Below the pieces are notes generated by a model. That model was not told the DNA's origin, made no database searches, and saw nothing but the letters and a program-made list of their open reading frames with translations. DNA of 62,734 nucleotides, filler included, from Collodictyon triciliatum (taxonomy: Eukaryota): assembly GCA_043381765.1 (NCBI GenBank). It is 4 parts of 4 records of this genome, joined end to end, with 100 filler letters (N's around TTAATTAATTAA, not from the genome) between each part and the next. Parts side by side here need not be neighbours in the genome. Positions count along the whole stretch, not along the records: positions 1 to 19,155 come from JBHJMP010001109.1; positions 19,256 to 42,980 come from JBHJMP010001110.1; 2 more parts are not named here. The stretch is one strand, 5' to 3'. Shown piece after piece: positions 14,226-24,753 of the stretch; the first letter of the stretch is position 1, and each line of letters opens with the position of its first letter. A program made the translations under genes and the position numbers.

Positions 14226-15203
14226 TTATTTTATGTTGAAAGGATATCTCAAGATTGGACCGATTGTGCAATCACGCCTTTGGGGAGTGTCTTGGACCCG
14301 TAGCCGGATGGCGATGCAGAAGCTGCCTCTTGTGATGGGGGTATCGACGAGGATGGATTGGTGGATGAATGAATCAGACGCAACACAGTCGAATCTATTT
14401 GCGTCTCCGATGGACCGCTTCTGTTCGTTTCAGGAATGTGATAAACATATGAATGAGCAAATATTCGTCATGTTACGCGAGCAAGCATCGCACATGCACT
14501 TTCAAGCTATCTTTCTCCCCCATCCAACCACGCTGCACTATGCACATATATTCTTCCTATCTTCGTGATTGGAGCGCCAAACCCAAGGAAAACTTACACA
14601 TATCGCACGAAATAATATCACAAAGAGAGTAGCTCTGAGGAAGAGGAAATGTGATCATCATATGGACATACCGTGACCGGAAACCATAAATCGTTGGCAT
14701 CTGCGGCTGGCCAGTCGGATTGTAGGAACACGTGTGTCTCGATGTATAGTTTGTAAAGTTTCGTTCTGTCCCGCTCTGTGTAAATCGAAACGGACACACG
14801 AACGTGTCGGGGTAATTTAGGTTATGGTATTCTTTAGCGAGATTTTCATGGGCATGAATTATATCGAATGTGAGGGCATACTTTGGTTTTTTTTTTTAAA
14901 AAATTTTTTCACCCTGATTCAACGAGGCAGAAACCGACAAAGACAACGAAACTCCTGCAGATATAATTATGGGCTTTTCGTCTGTGGACATGGGTGTAAC
15001 TTGTAACTGTCCAAAAATTGTTGGTAAGTCACTGGGTTTAGATGCACAGCTTTATTACATGAACAATAATGGTAAAAGATGCAGCTGCGGCGAAAAATTA
15101 CACAAGGATTAAGGTAAATAAACACAATAGCCCTTTCCTTGAATTGAATAATTGGAAAAAAAAAGGGATAAGATTGAAAATTTGAAAAGATGACAAAGAA
15201 CGC

Positions 15204-15301
<98 letters not shown>

Positions 15302-18300
15302 CTCATGTAAATGATAATTTCAGTCATCGAAGGGCTACCTGGATACCAACTCTTGATTGTGTTTGAAAAAATTCTAATGGGATGAGAGACGGGCACAGCG
15401 AAACCAAACCCAAGGACTCAACAATAAAATTTCTTTTCTCTTGTTCTGTTTTCTAAGAAAATCGAAATGCAACAAGTACAAATAACAGGGAGAATAAAAC
15501 TATAAGTTACTGCGACAAACAAACAAACAAACAAACAAACAAACAAACAAACAAACAAACAAACAAACAAACAAACAAACAAACAAACAAACAAACAAAC
15601 GCCCAAATAAAAACCTCACCGATTCAGCCATGAATACTACAGCTTCATTATAGATTCGTTTGTAAACATCATATGCCAAAGAAAATACAACAAATGATTC
15701 TGACGAGATACCTATATAATTAATTTCTCAGAAATTTGTGCAATGAGTCCTTCCGATTAACTATGGTTGATATACAAACCAATTTTATGCTCTTGCGTTT
15801 GTCTTAAAGCCTTAAGATATCCAACAGGTATTTGGTTGATAGAGTGTTTACTAATTTTTTTTTAAATTCAGCTTATTGAGACCAACGGACGAAAAATCAG
15901 TCACATGAATCATTTAAGGGGTTTCGTGTGTCATTCACCTCGTTTTAAACAAAAGTACTTGAATCAGCCATGCAACAAGAAAAGATGAAAGGGAATGCCT
16001 AATAGGAGAAAAGCGTTATATTATTCATAGAAAAGAAAAGAGAAGAGAAGAGAAGAGAAGAGAAGAGAAGAGAAGAGAAGAGAAGAGAAAAAGAAAAAGA
16101 AAAAGAAAAAGAAAAAGAAAAAGAAAAAGAAAAACGAATATTAAAACTAAGGCAATATAAAAATAATTATGTGAAATTGCATGGATGTATATCTGAAAAT
16201 ACTAATAGCACGTACTGTCGAATAATTAATATATCTCCGTCGCCCATCCCATAAGATGACTCTATAAGATCATCAAATTCTTTTCCAATAATGAAGAAAA
16301 TGTACGACGAAAGTTCTATTTCCTACATGTTTTGGAAAAATACCACAGAATAAAAATATTGATAAGAGAGACTTTGGTCTTCTTCATCTTAATACAAACA
16401 TCGTCCAGACCAGGTGCGCCATACTCTTGGGCAAGATTTATCATCTCTGCGTGATTCAACAGAAAATTTGTTATTATGGCTATTATCATAATTATATTGA
16501 TTGCTAATTGAATTGTCAACTGAAATACTAATATACCCATATATTGTTCGATAAATCGAGCACGTAGGTCCACAAACCGACGGGAGAAGTTTAGGGGGGA
16601 TTCTTGTGAGGTTGAACCCTATAAGTCAACGCACATGTTTCACCGCGATGAAAAACAAGGTACAACAAATAAACAAATAAACAAATAAATAAAAATAAAT
16701 AAAAATAAATAAAAATAAATAAAAATAAATAAAAATAAATAAAAATAAATAAAAATAAATAAAAATAAATAAAAATAAATAAAAATCGAAAAGCTTAAGA
16801 AAAATAACTTTGGTTCATTTCGTTAAATTGGCCACATGTAAATCGAGTAAAGGATTATATATGCTAAAAAAATTCTTATGTAGAAAAGATAGAAGGGATA
16901 TACTCTCAAGAATGATGCCGCTTGATGATAATTGAGAAGGGCATCTGGGAAATATTATTCAAATTTAAGAAATAAAATACGCAAGACGGGCGTGCTGTGC
17001 GATAAAAACAACGGATTAGCTATGTTTCACGATTTAAAATTGAATTCTGTAGGCTAAGTCAATCAAAAGTATGGGTCCTACCAGATATATTTCCTCCTTG
17101 GAATGCAACCTCTGCATGCGAAATATGTGATAAGCAGGACAGCCAAAGCTTCAAGTTCGTTTCCTGAGCCTAACATAATGCTATTGGTTCACCCTTTCTC
17201 ATAGCTTTTGATGTAAAATAGATTAGTCGGTATGTATACAAAAGGACCTGCTTGTAACACTTTCCCACTAGATCAGAGGCAATATGAAATAGTCCATTAG
17301 AAAACGCCAAATGAACAAGTTTATAATCATCTAATGCACCTAAAGATATCAAAGTACATGAGTTGAAGAGCCAAATACTCTGTAATATGAAAAACTCGAA
17401 CCTAGAGCATATTCTTTTAATTTATTTTATTTTATAAAAAATCATACCATGACAATGGTGTACATTCCTCAATGTTTTCATGATTTTTTCATATTCCATC
17501 ACTTCATTTCCAGTTATCCGGAGTATACTCATAAGAGCAGATATGGCGTTATACTATTTTTTATAAAAAAGAAAATTTCTCTTAATTTTTTATTCTAGCA
17601 TTTGTGATACCACACACAGTTTATATATATTTTGTTTGGTTTGTACGGAAGTTGGATGGCTCCGTTGTTTGAGGGTAAAAAAATTATAAATATCTTCCAG
17701 TTCATCGACAACAGCCCAAGGATGAAGCTCGCTCATTTTTAACAAGACTTTTCCGTGCATCGGCAGCAATTCATCTTGAATTTATTTTTTTAAAGGAAAT
17801 AGTCAAAACATATGCACTTGATGCAATAGATTATAACGATGGGCTGATTTATTCAAAAATCCATCACTACGTATTCACTATAGTTTATTTTAAGACATTT
17901 ATCCAGTCATTCAGTATATTTTTTTATACACATATAAATGAGTGACCATCAGATGCTGTTTCATAAAATGGGGTGTAGATATAGCACAGGTGTAATCATC
18001 GAAAACAAAAATAAAATAAAATAAAATACATACCTTCAACGGTCCTTATGGATTCTACAATAACTTTAATAAATGTATGGGCCACATCAGGGATAAATCT
18101 AGATATGGCCACAATCCCAGCACATATGGTATCCATTACATCTATCCTCTAACAATGGGTTTAATTTTGAGACAATTTAAATTCTATATTGAATATATAT
18201 GATGGTAATTAATTACCACATAATTTACACTGGATTAACACAAGGGAACCCACCGCATCGTTTCGATCAATTTGATAAAGTCTAGTATGGGTAGTAAAAA

Positions 18301-19080
18301 CGATTGATAATTTCTCTGTAATAAATAGGCAACTTTCTACGTGATTTAATCCAACGACATCTAGTGCATAATTTAATTAAGTATTCGTAATATCTGATAA
18401 CAGCCGCTCGTCGGCTACTTAGAAATTTAATAATATCAAAGTTCCAAAAAATACTAGGAAAAGTAAATACGGCACTATTGAGTTTTAAAATCGATTTATT
18501 ACCTTCGGAGAAATTGAGCAATTCAACACTGGTGGTATCTTGAATTAGAAAAATTGAAATGTTGATGAGTGTATGTATTGCAGTCAAGCAGAGGACTGGG
18601 TTTGTGTGGAGACAAAACTCTACAAATATTGTTTTCCATTAATAATAAGACTAAGTTTGTTGAAGATGATAATATTCAGAAAATTGAACCACTACATTTT
18701 GGAACGAATTTAACGCCTTTTTAATTCATCTTATTGCAAAAACCTGATATTATTGTTAGAGTTTTCGTATCGAGAAGATAGATTGGAGAATTAATCGAAA
18801 TTGATTTCATAACTCTCTGCGCACCAACAAATAGGGATTCTTCGTGTATACTTTGGATAAATTCATTCAGCGACTGGGGAGAATCAAACAATTTTTTTTT
18901 TTTTAAAAAAAGTTAATGTTAAGGAGTGTGTAACGATATTCAAAAAGAAAGTATAATTTCCAAACTAATCCATACGAGTAAACGGTCTGAATTTCGAAAT
19001 ATTAAAAAAAAAATCTTACTCGGATTACAATGTCTTCAATTATAGGCGCCTTTCGCACCAATAATTCAAGGTTTGATAGA
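14226..19080 (-). CDS. INTS7: Integrator complex subunit 7-like, multi-exon, 5' end lost at the 19156 gap
   Basis: Spliced exons give DDYKLVHLAFSNGLFHIASDLVGKCYKQ|AQETNLKLWLSCLSHISHAE..|DALLNYHQAASFLR|GSTSQESPLNFSRRFVDLRARFI and IPLEFFQTQSRVGIQ|LQVTPMSTDEKPIIISAG. These parallel INTS7 motifs recalled as YRIARQA..FWLNSLKEFSHAE, PLSFQCEFVKLR and YFFQ..IKLALSP. Splicing of the last two exons is ambiguous. Confidence 0.65.
15203..15302. repeat. (CAA)n microsatellite, intronic
   Basis: Direct reading. Confidence 0.95.
15515..15600. repeat. (CAAA)n microsatellite, intronic
   Basis: Direct reading. Confidence 0.95.
16030..16134. repeat. (AGAAG)n/(GAAAAA)n compound microsatellite, intronic
   Basis: Direct reading. 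Confidence 0.9.
16683..16786. repeat. (AAAAATAAAT)n tandem repeat, intronic
   Basis: Direct reading. Confidence 0.9.
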
Positions 19081-19155
19081 ATAACAGTTTTGATCCTTTT
19101 TTTTTTTTTTAAAAAAAAAAAGATAAACGTTTGTTCAATAAAGATGCTCTCTAAA

Positions 19156-19255
19156 NNNNNNNNNNNNNNNNNNNNNNNNNNNNNNNNNNNNNNNNNNNNT
19201 TAATTAATTAANNNNNNNNNNNNNNNNNNNNNNNNNNNNNNNNNNNNNNNNNNNN
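19156..19255. other. Artificial assembly spacer (44N-TTAATTAATTAA-44N)
   Basis: Exactly 100 bp with a 12-mer that places stop codons in all six frames; identical to the spacers at 42981 and 60722. Confidence 0.95.
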
Positions 19256-20026
19256 ATTCTCTCGCTCCAATGATTCACCCGAACGAGAAATCAATGTATC
19301 CAGGCTTGAGAGCCTCGTGCAATACAGCTTCCTGAACAGCCTGCTGAAACACGCGCGCATTCTTCGCTACTTTGACTGCAAGTGAAGAGATATGTGGGAA
19401 TGTGTCGTAAGATATCTCCCACAGCATATCCAATCCCTGCTACCCACGCAACCAATCAACCAGTTGGGACGCCCACTCAGTCAGTCGATCAATAGATCAA
19501 AAACTACCTGACACAGGGCTAATCTGCCCAAACTCTTCATCAGAGACGACTTTCAATTGATAATATCTAAAAACGTAATCATTTCGCTTCGCGTCGGCCT
19601 GCCAGATGCTGCATCATACCCAGTATTATGAACGACCCTTCCAACCCTATCCAAAAAATATGAAGTGTGTCTCACGAAGCCACAAAAGTTACCCAGGTTC
19701 CCAAAATCTCTTGAATTTGGGAATACCCAGCTAATTCTAGCATAATTATAATGCGAAGTTTTGCTGCCAAGCGACGCACAATTCTTCGCTTTCATTTCAA
19801 AGGAAGGATATCACAACTACGCATATCAACACGGCGGACAGGAGCGTATTCACGTCACAAGAAGCCATCATCATATCCAAAGCCAAAAAAAGGGGCACGG
19901 AGCCTAGCCAAGCCAAGTCAAGTCGGGTCGAGTCGAGTTAAGCCGCCCCGCACGACAGACTTGAGAGGGCGACTGGCCCGTCATCTTTGCCAGAGCAACA
20001 CTAACACACCAGAGCAGCAGGCAACA

Positions 20027-20617
20027 ATGTCACTTCTGGAAGCCATCAGCGCAACCCTGCCCGTGGGCCGACTGGACGACTCAGTGGTCGTGGTCATCGA
20101 CGCGCAGAAGGAGTACACGGAGGGCGCCATCCCGCTGCACAAGGTGGCGGAGGCCAACGGGCAGATAGCTGCGCTGCTGGGCCGCGCGCGGGCGCACAAG
20201 ACGCCGGTCATCCTCGTGCATCACCACATTGGCCCGGGCGCGCCCATCTTCGACTCCGCGGGCGCCCTTGTGCAGCCCATCCCCGGCCTGGAGCCAGCGG
20301 CGGGCGAGACGGTCATTGTCAAGAACACCATCACCCCGTTTGCGCACCCCGGCTTTGTGGCGGCGCTCGACGCGACGGGCCGCCGGTCCATCATCTTCGC
20401 CGGGCACATGACGCACCGCACCATCCAGGCGTCTGTCACTCGGGCGTCCGATGCCGGGTTTGCGTGCACCGTCGTGGCCGCCGCCTGCGCCACGCGCTCG
20501 CTCAGGGACCCCGTGACCGGCGAGGTTATCCCCGCAGAGGTTGTCCAGAGCGCGTCCCTGGCCCACATGAGCGACGTCATCGCCCGCATCGTCGCCTCCG
20601 TGGATGATCTCCAGTGA
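20027..20617 (+). CDS. Isochorismatase-like (cysteine hydrolase superfamily) protein, intronless, GC-rich
   Basis: MSLLEAIS..SVVVVIDAQKEY (catalytic Asp), ETVIVKNTITPF (catalytic Lys), IIFAGHMTHRTI, TVVAAACATR. ATG at 20027, TGA at 20617. Confidence 0.9.
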   Translation: MSLLEAISATLPVGRLDDSVVVVIDAQKEYTEGAIPLHKVAEANGQIAALLGRARAHKTPVILVHHHIGPGAPIFDSAGALVQPIPGLEPAAGETVIVKNTITPFAHPGFVAALDATGRRSIIFAGHMTHRTIQASVTRASDAGFACTVVAAACATRSLRDPVTGEVIPAEVVQSASLAHMSDVIARIVASVDDLQ

Positions 20618-21879
20618 TGCTGCCTGCTGGGCCGCAGACTCTGCCGGTCGGTGCATAAAGCGGCTGGTGGACGCCTGAATCGTGGGGTTGGATGGTTCTG
20701 TGTCTCCTCCTCCTCCTCCTCCTCTTTTGTTCCATTCAAGGGACAGGAGGATAAAGAGAGGGCGGTGTTGTCGATGAGATGGTGCGTGATACTCCGGATG
20801 CAGGGAGGTTTGATAGGCACTTGGTTGGTGTCTGATTGATACCCGGTTGAGACCTGAATGGTCAAAGTAGATAACGAGACGGGTGCAAATACGCATTGTT
20901 TTAGGCCTGCTGCTGGTGGGATGCTTATGGTTCTCCTTCATCTCTCCGATTCTGTGGAGGAGGCAACGCACAAGGAATCACAAAAAAAAAAAAAAAAAAC
21001 GCTGTTGGATGTGCGCCCTATCTGGCATTACACTAACTATGAAGTTGCTTGACTTGTGCCCTTGATATAGCGAATCAGAGCGGAAGACATAGCGCCGGCT
21101 GAAAACAGAAATAGACTATTTTTATATTTTTTTTTTTTTTGGAAACTTGCTTGGAATCGAATCAGAATTTCATTGGAAGGGATTTGTGGAGAACTGATTG
21201 ATATTTTCCAGAGGGGCAGTGGGCCATTATATGATTTCCACGGAATTTCTTGAGAAATCACAAGAATGGCTTGCCAGGCGAATACTAGCGGCGTGGGTGA
21301 ATTGCAAGAAAGGTAACACAGCGCTCCTGCTTGAGAAATGTGTGGTGTGTTTGTGTGCTTGAATTGTCCTCGATTTCATCACGATAATAATAACAATTCT
21401 TCATTATTACCTTTTTTTTTTAATTTGGTTGTTGGATTGACACATTCGTGGCAGTTTATATGGCAGATACCTCCGGAATACTGAATATTACATGCTTGAC
21501 TGAGGCACGATAAAATCATGGAAGGGCTTTGGATTCGTGGAGAATCTGGTTAGTTGAAAACAAGGCGATGATGGTGTTATTGGAAATTATGCAGCAGATA
21601 GGATATCTTTCCCTCATATGAGCGATCAATTGCTTGGGTTGGCTAGTCCGTGTAAGCAATAGGATTGGGACATGATGTAGCTGGATTCCTAGTCTCATGA
21701 CTTCTTTCTTCTCCTTTGTCTTTATTTTAAGAGTATCTATGGTAGATGATATTGCAATCTAGCTTGGGTGTACATCAACACAGATGGATGAGTGAAAATG
21801 ATTCCAACCTCGTACATGTCGTTTATTTGTTCCTCACCAAAGCCTTCAATCTAGAATCAGAAACAGTTTTTCCTAACAC

Positions 21880-22419
21880 ATGAAAAAGATGGACTCCCCC
21901 GTCTCAGACACCAACCCCATGGGAGCTACTTGCACCAAAGAGGCGCTCTTATCTACAAACATATGCGTGATGAATGACTTACGCAAGACTCCCAAAGCTC
22001 CAAAGATTGCGCCACTCCCACCCCCCAAAAAACTCAAAGATGATGTTTCCTTCCTTCGCTCGTTGTCGGCGACGCAGGGCACATCATCCCGACACTTTGA
22101 TTGGAGCACTCCAACCGTTGCTCCTCTTAGCGCTAATGACATCATCTTAAACAGCGATACTGATTGCGACGAGAATGACGGGCCGGCTGGTGATGATACA
22201 CAGCTGGACGAATGGGATGAAGAGCTCATCTCCTCCATCTTTCACTACGCATCAACAAATCCCTTGGGTCAGACAGAAACCAATGTTATTCCCCTGCGAG
22301 ATACTGTATCAGCAGAGTCACTCGGACATTTTGTCTGCACTACCCCCGCATTCTTCATCAATTCACCCCCACAGCATCCCCGTCCCGATTTTTGTGATTC
22401 TCTAATACATCATAAATGA
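21880..22419 (+). CDS. Hypothetical protein; may be the last exon of a spliced gene
   Basis: 179-codon ORF, more GC-rich than its flanks, with Pro/Lys-rich and acidic segments. A CTAAC..AAG acceptor-like sequence precedes the second Met. No recognisable domain. Confidence 0.4.
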   Translation: MKKMDSPVSDTNPMGATCTKEALLSTNICVMNDLRKTPKAPKIAPLPPPKKLKDDVSFLRSLSATQGTSSRHFDWSTPTVAPLSANDIILNSDTDCDENDGPAGDDTQLDEWDEELISSIFHYASTNPLGQTETNVIPLRDTVSAESLGHFVCTTPAFFINSPPQHPRPDFCDSLIHHK

Positions 22420-23199
22420 TGTCTCAGTAAGACATGCGACGGTATCTAGCCGTGAAATGTGGCAATATTCTTCAGTTCTTATTCACTCTCGAAATAATAC
22501 TTCCATCACCACCATCATCAAGTCTGATTCTATGCTTCTCAAAATTCAGAGTCATAAAGTCAAGACATATGCAACGCATATTTGAATGCATCATAATATT
22601 CATCACTGGTCATTGGAAAGAATTCATTATTTTTTTTCTCATGTGAGTTTCAAGTCTCCTCCGCACTATTGTTTCTTTGGATAACAAATATATGGAATGC
22701 TCAGATTATTCTTGGCAGATTAATGATAAAATGCTTTTCGTGCTGTGAATCAGTTATCGCTTTAAGAGGTCTCTTTGATGTTAGGGCGGTTGGGTGCAAT
22801 GGGTATTTGTTTCACAGGATTAGGAAGCGAGTCTGTCAACTTGCAACATATAAAGGGAAGACTAACATGAAAGAACAAAGATACTTTGTGTGATGGGGAA
22901 AGGAATGTAGTTTCACCATCATCAGGTATAGAAGGTTTACTATCTTCCTATACGTTCAATAGAATCATTATTGCTCTGCATTCTACCGTATTGTTGCGTC
23001 ACGAGCACGCAGCTACCTGGGATACATAATCCGCCCTTTCTGAACGCAATTCCCCTTCAGACAGTGTTTATTGATAATCAATTTTTCCTTTGACGAACCG
23101 GGAGTGCCCCACAAAGATAAAAGGAGAGAGGGGAATGGTGCCGAGCCTTTGAAGTGCAGCATAGCCATTATGGCAGGTGCGGATTGACGGCTTGAGCAT

Positions 23200-24669
23200 T
23201 TACTTCTTTTGAAGCTTCTTGAATGCATTCACAGCCTTCTTCACGGCAACAACCTGTCCGACTGTGTTTTGAAGTTGATGCTGCAGATCGATGGAGCGCA
23301 TTTCACCGTGGACAGCGTGGACAGCCTGTTCCAAGAGAGCAGCGGCAGCTTTGACCTGTACATGAGACCAGGAGAGAAGGAAAATAATTGTCAAAGCGCG
23401 AGAGCAAAATCTACACAGCCAAAAACAGATACGTTTGTATAGGTTTGTAATCACACATATAAGATTACAAAATACCTGACTGTCGTGGGCAGGGTCATCA
23501 TCAGATCCTGCAGCCTTAACACTCATAATGATTTTCAGTTGAAGTGCTCTGGTAGGAAATTCAGTTATTTATTGAGTTAATAATTATTTTATCATTTTCC
23601 TAATGATAAAACGAAATTATAAGGTCATTTGGAAATATGGTGTTGGGGTGAGCATCGTAGCAAAAGCATAAAATGATAAACAAGCAACAAAATAAAAATA
23701 AAAATAAAGGATTGTAATGGTGATATGCTTTAATAAGTACATAGAAAGAGGATAGAGGGGGATGAGAAAGTTATAAAAGAATTAGTCTCATAGCCGCTCC
23801 TTTCTCTTGTAGATTCATTATCTTGATAAGTAAAGCATGCAAAACAAAACAAACAAAACAAAATCATAGGAAAGCATGCCTGTCTTGGATGAGCTTGGAT
23901 TGGGCAACAACTTGTTTACGTGTTTTTTCGTCCTTGATACTCACAGACATTTCAGTCATCTTGCGGGATAGTGTTTGCATTTCCTTGCTCATTTCCTATA
24001 TTACAATGCGTGTTTAGTGCAAGCATTTTAACTATATTAGGGATGTAACTAATTCATTGGTACATTTTGGTGACGCTAAAACAAACTATAATACTTTAGT
24101 TTTCTCCACACGAGCAGCAGGGGGCAGTGGCTCCTCAGATTTGATTACACTCTGGACGACGTCGGTGAGGACATTCACACGATGGAAAATAACGGCTGTG
24201 ATGGTAAGGTAAAGGTAAAGGTAGAGGTAGAGACATAGAGAGACAGAGAGACAGAGAGACAGAGAGACAGAGAGACAGAGAGACAGAGAGACAGAGAGAC
24301 AGAGAGACAGAGAGACAGAGAGACAGAGAGACAGAGAGNNNNNNNNNNNNNNNNNNNNNNNNNNNNNNNNNNNNNNNNNNNNNNNNNNNNNNNNNNNNNN
24401 NNNNNNNNNNNNNNNNNNNNNNNNNNNNNNNNNNNNNNNNNNNNNNNNNNNNNNNNNNNNNNNNNNNNNNNNNNNNNNNNNNNNNNNNNNNNNNNNNNNN
24501 NNNNNNNNNNNNNNNNNNNNNNNNNNNNNNNNNNNNNNNNNNNNNNNNNNNNNNNNNNNNNNNNNNNNNNNNNNNNNNNNNNNNNNNNNNNNNNNNNNNN
24601 NNNNNNNNNNNNNNNNNNNNNNNNNNNNNNNNNNNNNNNNNNNNNNNNNNNNNNNNNNNNNNNNNNNNA

Positions 24670-24753
<84 letters not shown>

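Noticed and set aside
15320..15345. In-frame TGA after IQVALR in the INTS7-like gene as a second Sec or readthrough site
   Set aside because: A GT donor (CAG|GTAGCC) upstream removes it and splices in frame to LQVTPM.
19200..19211. TTAATTAATTAA palindrome recurring three times as a possible biological motif
   Set aside because: Always centred in exactly 44 N on each side; it is a synthetic six-frame stop linker.
19256..19385. Open frame FSRSNDSPERE..YFDCK-TGA right after the spacer
   Set aside because: May be the 3' end of a truncated gene, but it is too short to identify.
19751..20026. 92-aa N-terminal extension of the isochorismatase ORF from the ATG at 19751
   Set aside because: Composition differs from the coding part and family similarity begins at Met 20027; a targeting extension cannot be fully excluded.
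20081..20971. Long antisense ORFs (296 and 214 aa) over the isochorismatase gene
   Set aside because: Expected shadow ORFs of a high-GC coding sequence; no motifs.
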